From assembly GCA_951406725.2 (NCBI GenBank), contig CATOCA020000018.1, positions 14,001 through 78,000 of the forward strand: DNA of 64,000 nt, given 5' to 3'. Made by a program: the position numbers and the translations under genes. Shown here in pieces: positions 30,898 to 44,208 of this stretch; within the stretch, counting starts at the first letter, position 1; each line of letters begins with the position of its first letter. Below the pieces are notes generated by a model, which did no database searches, was not told where the DNA came from, and was given only the letters and a program-made list of their open reading frames with translations. This DNA comes from Octopus vulgaris (taxonomy: Eukaryota).

Positions 30898-31690
30898 ATG
30901 CGTGTGTGTGTGTGTGTGTGTGAGTGTGTGTGTGTGTGTTTGTGTTTGTCTGCGTGTATTTTTAAAATCTTCCGATTATCGCTGACTTGAAATATACATT
31001 TCATTTCGTTTGCCATTGTAAAGTTAGATTGTATCTGAGACAGAATTGAAAATACAAAGTTTCTGTTGACAGGATACCTGAATTTTCTGTATCTTTTGCT
31101 GACCCACCCCACTCACGCCATTTAATTTCATCAGTACTTAAGGCCTTCTTCTCTCTCTCTGTCTACCCCTCTCTCTCTGTCTACCTCTCTCTGTCTGTCT
31201 GTCTGTCTGTATTTAACTCACTATACAACATATAAGTTTCTCTCTCTCTCTCAATATAAAACTATTCTTCTCTATTATTACCCGTTGCTAAGCAACTCAG
31301 GGAAAAGGTGTGTGCGTGTGTGATTGTGTTTTCAATTGTGTGTGTGTATGTGTGCGTTTGTGCCTTTCGACACCAGTGCGTGCGTGCGTAACGATACACA
31401 CACAAACCTCCACAAACATAAACGCACAAAATTGAAAAAACACAGTTACACACTCAAACACTCGCACACAGAAACGAAAATACACACGCACACTCACACT
31501 CACACACGCACACATACATACATACAGACAAACACCACACACACACACACACACAAAAATGAAAATACACAGTTACACACTCACACGCACACACACACGC
31601 ACACACTAGAGGGCACACACACACGCACACGCACAAGCAATGAACTGGAAACGCGCGCGCGCGCACGCAGACACAGAAAGGAAAGCACAC

Positions 31691-31730
<40 letters not shown>

Positions 31731-32463
31731 TTATGAATAGATTTTGTAGATGGAAACTGAAAGAAGCCCATCGTATATAAATGTATACATATATGTGTGT
31801 GTGTGAGTGTGTGTGTCTGTTTGTCCCCCTTCAACATCGCTTGACAACCGATGCTGGGGTGTTTACATCCCCGTCAATTAGCCGCTTGGTAAGAAACGCT
31901 AGGCTTGAAAAGAATAAGTCTTGGGATCGATTTGCTCGACTAAAGGCGTTGCTCCAGCATGGCCACAGTCAGATGACTGAAACAAGGAAAATAAAAACAT
32001 ATATATATATATATATGTATATGTTTATGTATATATATGTATATGTTTACGTATATATATATATATATATATGGATATATATATATATATAGGCGCAGGA
32101 GTGGCTGTGTGGTAAGTGGCTTGCTAACCAACCACTTGGCTCCGGGTTCAGTCCCACTGCGTGGCATCTTGGGCAAGTGTCTTCTGCTATAGCCCCGGGT
32201 CGACCAATGCCTTGTGAGTGGATTTAGTAGACGGAAACTGAAAGAAACCTGTCGTATATATGTATATAGACTTAGGGGTGGCTGTGTGGTAAGTAGCTTG
32301 CTAACCAGCCACATGGCTCCGAGTTCAGTCCCACTGCGTGGCATCTTGGGCAAGTGTCTTCTGCTATAGCCCCGGGCCGACCAATGCCTTGTGAGTGGAT
32401 TTTGTAGACGGAAACTGAAAGAAGCCTGTCGTATATATGTATATATATATATGTATATATTTA

Positions 32464-32870
32464 TCTCTTATTATAAAAGGTAGATTTTATCTGCCTCCTT
32501 TTGTCAGTTATAGAAATCTACAATATAGGATTTCTTCAATTACAATTTACCTAGCATTTTTAAGAGTAGAATGCATCGGTATTTGCCAGGTCCGGTTTTT
32601 AAAATTTCAACCCCAATTAAGCAAAATTTAGAGAAAACTCACATTCTGGTGTATATGTCAAATGCTTTTCTTAATTTGGGTTACAGCACACGCAAACGCA
32701 CACACACAGTGTGCAACGAATAAACTGAAACTAATTCACTGTGTGTTGACAGGTAGACAATAGAATGCGATGGCGATGTAATATTTGTTTCTGTCTATGA
32801 CGCTGATAGATACATGAGCAAAATGTATGGGAAGCTAACAGATAAGAGTGAGTGAAAATGTTCTTGGAAG
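32464..32870 (+). mobile_element. Possible 3'-truncated non-autonomous Helitron-like element
   Basis: Begins A|TCtcttattataaaaggtagattttatctgcctcc, which resembles a Helitron 5' end. Its first ~90 bp also end units 1 and 3 (~15063, 26762). No 3' hairpin-CTAG was found. Confidence 0.35.
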
Positions 32871-32929
32871 AGAGTAAATAGCGAGAGTGTGATTTGAGGA
32901 AGACTTTACATTAAATAACCGTAGTGGCT

Positions 32930-32965
<36 letters not shown>

Positions 32966-33059
32966 CATAAGACAGTAAGGTGTGATTTGAGGGAGATGTG
33001 GCTGCTATTTCTACCATGTCTAGCTGCCATGTAGGGGTCTCCCTCATAGGCTCATACAT

Positions 33060-33550
33060 ACATATATACATAGATAAGACAGTAAGGTGTGATTTGGGGG
33101 AAATTTGGCTGCTATTTCTACCAGGTCTAGCTACCATGTAGAGGTCCCCCTCATTGGCTCATATATATATACATACATAAGACAATGAGGTGTGATTTGA
33201 GGGAGATTTGGCTGCTGTTTCTACCAGGTCTGTTAGGCCTTCTCATGTAAACTCAAGCTTTCTCATGCCTTGAACATAAGACCAAAGCAGAGAATGTATT
33301 CTTTTATTCTTCTGCTTTTTCAAGCCATTGGTCTGTGGTCATGCTGGGGCAATGCCTTAAAGAATTGTAGTTTAATGAATCAACTCCAGTTTTATTTTTG
33401 TAAGCATTGTACTTATTCTATCTGTTTCCTTTGTCAAACCACTAGGTGACAGGGATGTAAACAAACCAACATTCGTTGTCAAGCAGTGGTGGAGGACAAT
33501 CACAAGCACAGACACGCACACACACACACATACAGCATACACATATACAC

Positions 33551-33581
<31 letters not shown>

Positions 33582-34418
33582 TTTGTGTGTATATATATAT
33601 TGCAGCGTGGAAGGTGTTTTGTAAAGCCATTTAAGAAACACACAAAAACCGTTAGATTCACTTCAACATTTAAATTTCATTTGCCAAAATATTTTCCTCG
33701 CTTTGAGACCGCGACCTGTTCACTGAAAAAAATATCGTGCTAACAGGTCGCGGTCTCAAAGCGACGAGAATATTTTGACAAATTAAATTTAAATGTTGAA
33801 GTGAATCTAACGGTTTTTGTGTGTTTCTTAAATGGCTTATAAACACCTTCAACGCTGCAACTGTTTTCGTTCCAGCACACGATCTCAGATCAAGTCACTT
33901 GCTATGCAAGTACATCTCTGTAACTATATATATATTTATATATATATATGTATATTGGTAAAAACAGTAAGATAACAAAAGAAAGAAAGAGACCTCAATA
34001 TTATGTAAATAGAGGAAATCTTTATATATAAAAGTGAGGTTGTGTGTCTGTCTGTCTCCTACGATTTAGATTCCTAACTACTCCCACATTTTGCGGTGCA
34101 GTTTAACCAAAACCGGGTATCTTATAGTCGTGATTCATATCGAGCCCGTCTGGGTAATAGCGCGCGTCTACGATGAGTCTACGATTTAAAAAAAAATTTA
34201 CCATCAATTTTTCACATTTTTAATCCATTTTTGACATATATAAGGGAAGTAACTCTCTAAAATTTATTATTAAATCTCAGAACGTAAAAAGCTACAGTAA
34301 CACCCCGCCCCCTTTGTGGTTAGCCATATTGAGATGGCTATTATACTTTACATCTCTAAAAATGCTTATATAATTATTTCCCTTACAAACCCGAGCAACG
34401 CCGGGCGATACTGCTAGT
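33060..34418. repeat. Dispersed direct duplication of ~1380-2727
   Basis: Same order of aagacagtaaggtgtgatttg modules, SINE fragment, foldback (33600-33860) and mini-Helitron. Confidence 0.9.
34019..34417 (+). mobile_element. Non-autonomous Helitron, copy 2 (copied with its flank)
   Basis: A|TCtttatatataaaag ... cccgagcaacgccgggcgatactgCTAG|T. The 5' flank is the same as for copy 1. Confidence 0.85.
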
Positions 34419-34437
34419 GTATATATATGTATATGTT

Positions 34438-34559
<122 letters not shown>

Positions 34560-34724
34560 GGCGCAGGAGTAGCTGTGTGGTAAGTAGCTTGCTAACCAAC
34601 CACATGGCTCCGGGTTCAGTCCCACTGCGTGGCATCTTGGGCAAGTGTCTTCCGCTATAGCCCCGGGCCGACCAATGCCTTGTGAGTGGATTTGGTAGAC
34701 GGAAACTGAAAGAAGCCTGTCGTA

Positions 34725-34814
<90 letters not shown>

Positions 34815-35016
34815 TGTGTCTGTGTTTGTCCCCCTAGCATTGCTTGACAACCGATGCTAGTGTGTTTACGTCACTTAGCGGTTCGGCAAAGTAGACCGAT
34901 AGAATGAGTACTAAGCTTACAAAGAATAAGTCCCGGGGTCGATTTGATCGACTAAAGGCGGTGCTCCAGCATGGCCGCAGTCAAAATGACTGAAAGAAGT
35001 AAAAGAGTAAAAGAGT
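34560..35016 (+). mobile_element. Full-length tRNA-derived SINE (octopus-type) with internal microsatellite
   Basis: A-box-like tagctgtgtgg, B-box ggttcagtccc, body ...ggaaactgaaagaagcctgtcg, (TA)n(TG)n, tail ggcggtgctccagcatggccgcagtcaaaatgactgaaa..(gtaaaaga)n. Many partial copies occur on both strands. Confidence 0.85.
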
Positions 35017-35048
35017 AATATATACATACATATAGATATGTATTTACG

Positions 35049-35132
<84 letters not shown>

Positions 35133-35233
35133 GATATGTATGAACGTATGTGTGTACATATATATAAACGTGTGTGTATATGTAACATATTTCTAAGAAT
35201 AGATACATTCATACATACATCTACATATACATA

Positions 35234-35275
<42 letters not shown>

Positions 35276-35360
35276 TGATTGATTGATTGATTCTAGTTTC
35301 AGCTCATGAGCTGTGGCCATGCTGGGGCACCGCCATTTGGTGTTGCTACTTGGTTTTACT

Positions 35361-38356
35361 TCACGAAAGCTTTTTAGCAACTGCCATTTGGTGCATGAGA
35401 GAGTTCGATGCAGCTGCCCTCATCTGCACCTCCTGCCGTGAAGTTGGTTCATCTGGGACACCTGACAGGAAGAAATCCAGTTCCATTTTAAAGACATCTG
35501 CATCCACCCCATGCAGGTCTCTCAGGTTCTTCGGGAGGATATTGAAGAGCTGTGGGCCACGGAAGCTCGGGCTATCACAGTATCGTGTCCTACATCTTGA
35601 TGGCAAATTTGGAGTCCTAGGCACCACGTAGTGGCGCCCAGTTCTGGCATTTGTGTAACTCTCGATGCCAAAGTTTGGGACACGTCCCTCCAGGATCTTC
35701 CAGATATATATTATGGCATATCTTCCCCGCCTACGCTCCAAGGAATATAGTTTTAATCTCTTGAGTCTTTCCCAGTAGCTTACATTCTGCATAGAGGCTA
35801 TCTTCTTCGTGTAGCTACGCTGGATCGCCTCGAGCTCTGTGATCAACTTGACACTGGATGTTGACAATAACTAAGAGCAATAGTCAAAGTGGCTTAGGAC
35901 AAGTGTCCTCCAGAGGACCATCATGGTTTCTTGTTCTCTTGTTCTAAAGGTTCTGAGAATCCATCCGGCCAGCCGTCTACATTTCATTGCCAATTTAGCA
36001 AAATGAACACGAAAGGTTGCGTCATCACTCATGTAAATACCCAGGTCACGCACTGATTGTGCCTCTGGGATTGCTATTCCTCCGGGTCCAGTGTATTCAT
36101 TGGGTATTGCATTTAGTTTTGCATGCTGATAGTATAAAGCTTGAAACTTTTCAGCATTGAACTGCATGCTATTCTTTTCAGCCCACTTGTATATTTCGTC
36201 CAGCTCACATTGCAGGTGCTTAGCGTCTTCAGGGTTCTGTATTGCCTGTGAAACTTTTGTATCATCTGCATAACTTGTGATCGTGGCTCTCTGCGTGGCT
36301 GAGGGCATGTCTGAGAGGGCCATTATGAACAGTAGTGGTCCCAAAACAGTGCCCTGCGGAACACCGCTCACTATTTGTGTGTTAATGGAAGTGGCCTCAT
36401 TGGCTGCTACCACCTGACTTCTATTCTTCAGAAAGTCATGAAGCCATTCTCCCAATTTTCCAACTATGCCAAGATCACGCAGTTTGTGACATATCATTCC
36501 ATGATCGACTTTATCAAAGGCCTTTGCAAAGTCGAGATATATGACTTCCACATTTGAGTGGTTGAGCAGTTGTTTCAGCACCCAGTCATAGTGTTGTAGG
36601 AGCTGAGTTAAACAGCTTCTTCCTGGTCGGAAACCATGTTGGGTGTCAGGCAGCAAGTCATTTTCTTCAAGGAAGGTGATTAGTTTCCTTCTGACTATTC
36701 GTTCCATGACCTTGCTGATGTGTGAGGTGAGAGAGATAGGTCTGTAGTTCTTGGCCTCTGCTCTGCTACCACCTTTATGAATAGGACATATTTTACCTTC
36801 CTTCAGTTTTTTTGGAAGTTTGCCAGCTGCTAGGAAGCTCTGAAAGAGGATCTGCAGTGGTCTTGCTAGGACTCTCTTACATACTTTTAGGAGGATTGCC
36901 GGGAATCCATCGGGGCCAATAGCTGATTCTGTTTTCATTTCATCTATGGCCTTTATTACATCGTCTTCCTTTATATCGATGTAATTTATCGTCGCCGCCT
37001 CTGATTTTATATCTGCAGTGGTAAAGAAGTCAGTTGGATTGGTGATTTGGAAATGCCCGAGGGTGGAATGAAAACACTCTTGAATTGCTCATTCAGTATT
37101 TCACTTACCCTCATTGGTTTTCCTGTGAGTGTACCATCCTCTTCAAGGAGTGGCCCTATCCTACAGTGCACCGTAGCTGTTTCTTTGGCATACCTGTAGA
37201 AAGCTCTGGGGTTAGATTTTATGTTGTCTATAGTCCAGGCTTCTTTGTCTGCTCTTTCCTTTTCATGGGAGAGTTGCAGACATTTTTCAATTTCCAACAG
37301 TTTTATTTTCAGGCGGGACTTTTCACTGCTTTCAATCTGTTTGTTTAGGCGATTTGAAATTTTTGTACGCCGTCTCATTAAGATTTTCCTCTTTCTGGGG
37401 ATTTTGTTCTTGTGTACAGTGGCCTTTCTCTCTGGGACACATTTGTAGCATATGGCTTGCGTTACAGACATGAATTGTTGAAGTTTCACGTCGATGTCTG
37501 GCGAGGAGAGACATTTAGGCCAGTTTTGTTTGAGGATCTCTTTCTCAATTTGTTTCCAGTTTGCCTTATGGTAGTTCAAGCTGGAAAGATTCTGAGGGTT
37601 TCTTGTAGGCTGCATGTCCGTGCTTTCTTTTGGCCCGTACATGGTCAGCTCTACCATGTTGTGATCCGAGAGTAGTGTCGGTGTCACTTTCACATTATGG
37701 ATGAGATCCATATTATTTGTGAAGTAGAGATCCAGTGTGTTACCTGCCCTGGTTGGTTGGAGTATTACTTGCTCCATGTACAGGGTGTTGATGAGGTTCA
37801 GGAGGGACCTCGCCTGTCCTCGTTCACATCTTGTCATTCCTGGGAGAGAAAGGCCCTCGGGCCATCTGACATTGGGTAGATTGAAGTCTCCCATAAGAAG
37901 TACACTTATGTGTTGTTCTAATGTGATTAGAACTTCTTCTATTTTTATAAGGCAGTCTTCAAACTTGCCCACATGGCTTGGGGCATCTGGAGGGCGATAT
38001 GTAGCACACACAACTACATCAAGTTGCCTTATATGTACAATTAGTGTGTCACACACCGAGTTTGAGTATGACAAGAGGACCTGGGGTGTGAGGTCCTCAC
38101 GGATGTACATAGCAACTCCTCCATGACTCCTTTCTTTTCTGTCGGTCCGTAGTATAACATACTGTGGTATGTGTAACTCCGCATCTGCTATGTCCGGTTT
38201 CAGGTGCGTTTCTGTAAGTGCTATGCATAAGGCTTGATTGCATGCAACAAAGTCTCTCAAGAACGGGATCTTTGTCCTGTTACTGAGTGTTTGCAGCCCT
38301 CTGATGTTCAGTAGGAGCATCGAGGTGAGGTGTATGTTGTTGCCGGCGGTGTCCAT
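35361..38356 (-). pseudogene. LINE ORF2 (APE endonuclease + reverse transcriptase), disrupted
   Basis: Split across ORFs 37007..38464, 35871..36938 and 35361..35867, with a frameshift near 37060 and a premature TAG at 35871-35873 (FDYCS*LLS). Confidence 0.9.
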
Positions 38357-38479
38357 CCTGGGTCTGTTTGCTGTGGTGGTCTTGTATATAGTGGGTAGTC
38401 CCACCTGCGGGCTTGGGTTTGATGAAGCCAGGTCAGCTGCTGTACAATCTTTTGTGCCATGCACAAAAAAGATTGCTGC

Positions 38480-38858
38480 TCAGCAGCTGCCCTTTTTAAC
38501 AACATCATGTTTGCGGTTTGTGGCACGCACAACATCTGCGTACCTCCGCTTTGAGGCAGGTGGTGCGTGGACCTTCCCTTTTCCTTGTGTTGATGGCTTG
38601 TCCATCTGCCTCGTGTCTCTGCGGCAGGGTCCCCGATGTGCAAAGCGGCAGCCTGCACCTTCCTTTCCATGCCAGCAGGTACCTCTCAGGTAGAACCTAC
38701 ACACCCGTCGGCGCTGTTTGTTTCCATCCTTTGCAGTTCCACTTCCATTCCTGGTTGTTTCACCCTTTGGTCCTGCTTGAGCTCTTCCTTTAGCTCTTTC
38801 AGTCCTTCTTTTAGTTCTTCTTCCTCCCTCTACCTCTTCCCCGGGTTCTCCGTCTACA
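38480..38858 (-). pseudogene. LINE ORF1 C-terminal remnant with CCCH-like zinc finger
   Basis: CRFYLRGTCWHGKEGAGCRFAH (C-x7-C-x8-C-x3-H). The frame stays open upstream to the TA tract at ~38858. Confidence 0.6.
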
Positions 38859-38963
38859 TATATATATATATGTAGATGTATGTATGAATATATCTATTCT
38901 TAGAAATATGTTACATATACACACACGTTTATATATATGTACACACATACGTTCATACATATC

Positions 38964-39009
<46 letters not shown>

Positions 39010-39133
39010 TATACATACATATGCGTGCATATTTCTATTGCATATATAAACATATATATTTATGTGTATATATGCACATACATGTGTGAGTGTACGGCGT
39101 CTCAGCTGTGTTCAATGCAGAAAAATGAATATA

Positions 39134-39304
39134 GTCGCAGGAGTGGCTGTGTGGTAAGTAGCTTGCTAACCAGCCACATGGCTCCGGGTTCAGTCCCACT
39201 GCGTGGCATCTTGGGCAAGTGTCTTCCGCTATAGCCCCGGGCCGACCAATGTCTTGTGAGTGGATTTGGTAGACGGAAACTGAAAGAAGCCTGTCGTATA
39301 TATG

Positions 39305-39335
<31 letters not shown>

Positions 39336-39546
39336 TTGTGTGTCTGTGTTTGTCCCCCTAACATTGCTCGACGACCGATGCTGGTGTGTTTACGTCCCCG
39401 TCACTTAGCGGTTCGGCAAAAGATACCGATAGAATAAGTACTAAGCTTACAAAGAATAAGTCCCGGGGTCGAGTTGCTCGACTAAAGGCGGTGCTCCAGC
39501 TTGGCCGTAGTCAAATGACTGAAACAAGTAAAAGAGTAAAAGAGTA
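39134..39546 (+). mobile_element. Full-length tRNA-derived SINE
   Basis: Same head, body and tail organisation as 34560-35016. Confidence 0.85.
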
Positions 39547-39579
39547 ATATATACATACATATAGATATGTATTTACGTA

Positions 39580-39621
<42 letters not shown>

Positions 39622-40101
39622 TATGTATGTACGTATGTGTGTACATATATATAAACGTGTGTGTATATGTAACATATTTCTAAGAATACATACATTCATA
39701 CATACATCTACATACGCCGTGTGTATGAATGTGTTTCTAAATGTGCATTTATACATGTGTGTGTATTATAAATATATATGTGTGTGTATGTATGTGTATG
39801 TGTATGCACATATGTATGTATGCATGTATATATGTTTGTATGTATGTATAAATGTATATATATATATTTGTGTGTTTGTATGTGCGCGTATATGTGTGTG
39901 TATGTATGTATATATATATACATGTGCGTGCATATATATCTGTATAAATGCATATACATGTGCATATATATATGCTTAGACACAAATACATACACGTACA
40001 ATATATCCGCATATATATATATATATATATGGATAGATTGATAGATAGTTAGATAGATAGATACATGCATACATACACACATTCATACATATATACAGAC
40101 T

Positions 40102-40132
<31 letters not shown>

Positions 40133-40227
40133 CTGTGTGTGTGTGTGTGTGTATAGATATATATATATATATGCTAACACGTGTATATATACACGTAAAT
40201 AAGTATAAAAATATATGTATGTATAAA

Positions 40228-40723
40228 TGCCAGAAAATAATGGATCGTGCCAAGATTTTGCTGCTACTTCTAGCATGTAGAAATTACCTGTTAAAGCGTA
40301 ATTTTCTATTTTGAAATATCTATATATCTATATATTTACTACCCACAAGGGGCTAAACGTAGAGGGGACAAACAAGGACAGACAAAGGGATTAAGTCGAT
40401 TACATCGACCCTAGTGCGAAACTGGTACATATATATATTCTTTTATTCTTTTCTTTTACTTGTTTCAGTCATTTGACTGCGGCCATGCTGGAGCACCGCC
40501 ATTAGTCGAGCAACTCAACCCCGGGACTTATTCTTTTGCAATCCCAGTACTTATTCTATCGGTCTCTCTTGCCGATCGGGGACATAAGCACACCAGCATC
40601 GGTTGTCAAGCAATGCTAGGGGACAAACACAGACACACAAATACACACTCAGTGGGACTGAACCCGCAACCATGTGGTTGGTAGACAAGCTACTTACCAC
40701 ACAGCCACTCCTGCGCCTATATA

Positions 40724-40768
<45 letters not shown>

Positions 40769-40816
40769 ATATTTCGGAATGGTCATATTGCCAGTTTAGT
40801 AATAAATATTTAAACG

Positions 40817-40874
<58 letters not shown>

Positions 40875-40929
40875 GTTTAAATATTTATTGGCTAAACTGG
40901 CAATATGACCATTTATTTATATATTTATG

Positions 40930-41005
<76 letters not shown>

Positions 41006-41204
41006 CTATATATCTATATATCTATACATATGTGTGTGTGTATATATATATATGTAGATGTATATATATATACATATATAAAAAAATAAAGGTCTTTATT
41101 TTTCATGTACTTCAAAATTTGCCAGAAAATAATGGATCGTAGTAATCTTTGCTGCTATTTCTAGCATGTAAAAATTGCCTGTTAAAGGGTAATTTTCTAT
41201 TTTG

Positions 41205-41269
<65 letters not shown>

Positions 41270-41280
41270 TATATATATAC

Positions 41281-41332
<52 letters not shown>

Positions 41333-41349
41333 GTATGTATGTACGTAGG

Positions 41350-41390
<41 letters not shown>

Positions 41391-41514
41391 GTATTTAACT
41401 CACTATATAACATATGAGTTTCTCTCTCTCTCAATATAAAACTATTTTTCTCTATTATTACCCGTTGCTAAGCAACTCAGGGAAAAGGTGTGTGCGCGTG
41501 TGACTGTATTTTCA

Positions 41515-41598
<84 letters not shown>

Positions 41599-43060
41599 TC
41601 TGCGTGTATTTTTAAAATCTTCCGATTATCGCTGACTTGAAATATACATTTCATTTCGTTTGCCATTGTAAAGTTAGATTGTATCTGAGACAGAATTGAA
41701 AATGCAAAGTTTCTGTTGACAGGATACCTGAATTTTCTGTATCTTTTGCTGACCCACCCCACTCACGCCATTTAATTTCATCAGTACTTAAGGCCTTCTT
41801 CTCTCTCTCTGTCTACCCCTCTCTCTCTGTCTACCTCTCTCTGTCTGTCTGTCTGTCTGTATTTAACTCACTATACAACATATAAGTTTCTCTCTCTCTC
41901 TCAATATAAAACTATTCTTCTCTATTATTACCCGTTGCTAAGCAACTCAGGGAAAAGGTGTGCGCGTGTGTGATTGTGTTTTCAATTGTGTGTGTGTATG
42001 TGTGCGTTTGTGCCTTTCGACACCAGTGCGTGCGTGCGTAACGATACACACACAAACCTCCACAAACATAAACGCACAAAATTGAAAAAACACAGTTACA
42101 CACTCAAACACTCGCACACAGAAACGAAAATACACACGCACACTCACACTCACACACGCACACATACATATGGACAAACACCACACACACACACACAAAA
42201 ATGAAAATACTCAGTTACACACTCACACGCACACACACGCACACACACTAGAGCGCACACACACACACACACGCACAAGCAATAAACTGGAAACGCGCGC
42301 ACGCAGACACAGAAAGGAAAACACACATATGTGTGTGTGTGTGTGTGTATGTATGAATAGATTTTGTAGATGGAAACTGAAAGAAGCCCATCGTATATAA
42401 ATGTATACATATATGTGTGTGTGTGAGTGTTTGTGTCTGTTTGTCCCCCTTCAACATCGCTTGACAACCGATGCTGGGGTGTTTACATCCCCGTCAATTA
42501 GCCGCTTGGTAAGAAACGCTAGGCTTGAAAAGAATAAGTCTTGGTATCGATTTGCTCGACTAAAGGCGGTGCTCCAGCATGGCCACAGTCAGATGACTGA
42601 AACAAGGAAAATAAAAACATATATATATATATATATATGTATATGTTTATGTATGTATATGTATATGTTTACGTATATATATATATATATGTATATATAT
42701 ATAGGCGCAGGAGTGGCTGTGTGGTAAGTAGCTTGCTAACCAACCACTTGGCTCCGGGTTCAGTCCCACTGCGTGGCATCTTGGGCAAGTGTTTTCTGCT
42801 ATAGCCCCGGGCCGACCAATGCCTTGTGAGTGGATTTGGTGGACGGAAACTGAAAGAAGCCTGTCGTATATATGTATATAGACTTAGGGGTGGCTGTGTG
42901 GTAAGTAGTTTGCTAACCAACCACATGGCTCCGGGTTCAGTCCCACTGCGTGGCATCTTGGGCAAGTATCTTCTGCTATAGCCCAGGGCCGACCAATGCC
43001 TTGTGAGTGGATTTGGTAGACTGAAACTGAAAGAAGCCTGTCGTATATATGTATATATAT
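40228..43060. repeat. Partial fifth copy (right half) of the 5.7-kb unit
   Basis: Colinear with ~18210-20930; contains the MGWVSKRY spurious ORF at 41442..41762 and the paired SINE heads. Confidence 0.9.
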
Positions 43061-43074
43061 ATATATATATATAC

Positions 43075-43115
<41 letters not shown>

Positions 43116-44208
43116 GGCAGTTTGTCTGTGCGTGTTTCTGTGTGTCTGTTTTCTCGTACCCTCACTCTGACCACGGCTTTCAACCGATTCTGATGAAACT
43201 TGACACACACATAGCCCAATGTCATAATTCAAAACTAACGTAGCGAAAATTTTGAAAAGTTCCCACAGTTTTTAAAAATTGATAAATTCGACATGGGGTC
43301 GAGAATCAGAAACACGAACCACAGACTATCTAGGGGACGCAACTCGAGAATCTAAGCTTTTTTTATGCAACGCATTATCTATGGTAGTTTTCACAACTTG
43401 CAATCGATTTTCACCAAACTCATGGTGAAGCTTAATGTTACCCTAAGAAACTCAATTCTGAAGTTAGTTTTCCATGCAATACCTTACCATCAGAAACAGT
43501 CGATAAAATCATGCCATTTTGGGAAATCGCGTTCAAATTCAAGATGACATATTTTCGACAATATCTTTCACAAATTGGCAGGAATTTTTTTTTTTTCACA
43601 ACGAGCATCATGTCTGCTCCAAGGAGCTATATAGCCCTTTTTATTCCAATAGGATACATTATTGGAAAAAATCGGTTAATTTAATCATATGTGGCACACA
43701 TAGCAAACAAATTTGTGTATTAAACACAAACCAGACTGCCTAGGGGACGCAACTTGACCTTTTTAGCTATCGATAATTCGATCCAACCAATTCCTACCAG
43801 GAAGAAATTACATTCGAGACTTTACCCCCAACACCGCCACTTCTGCTAATAGCTGCTGCAGCCGCAAGTTATTCGAATACTTTTTTTGTTTAAACTTTCT
43901 TTATAACTACCACCCCAAACGTTTTACCTTCAATTTTTGACGTACCCTAACGGTCCTCGGACGCTACTTGCAAACTCTTGGTTTATTATAAACCACTTTT
44001 GTCGTGTGCATCAAAAAACTTTTCCTTTCGTTTGTTCAGTTTGATCACTTTTGACTTTTTCGTTGTTGTCACTCACATTGCTACCCGCTTTTTGGCCGTT
44101 TTTGTACATTTTTATACATTTTTATACAGCTCCTTTTTATTTTTCGGATACTTACCCCACGTGTTCCTTTTTATTACACCTTTGCCAAACACATTGCTAT
44201 CCACCAAA

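Larger units (their letters stand above)
35272..38858 (-). mobile_element. 5'-truncated, decayed CR1/L2-superclade LINE with (TCAA)n tail
   Basis: APE endonuclease motifs (LNIRGL, LTETHL, GGVAMY, YRPP, MGDFNLP, TLDLYF, SDH) and RT motifs (NYRPISL, QHGFRPGRSC, YLDFAKAFDKV, GVPQGTVLGP, YADD). No RNase H seen. (tgat)n at 35272-35292. Confidence 0.93.

Noticed and set aside
34560-34635. tRNA gene
   Set aside because: It has A/B boxes but is the degenerate head of a SINE and continues into SINE body and tail in all copies.
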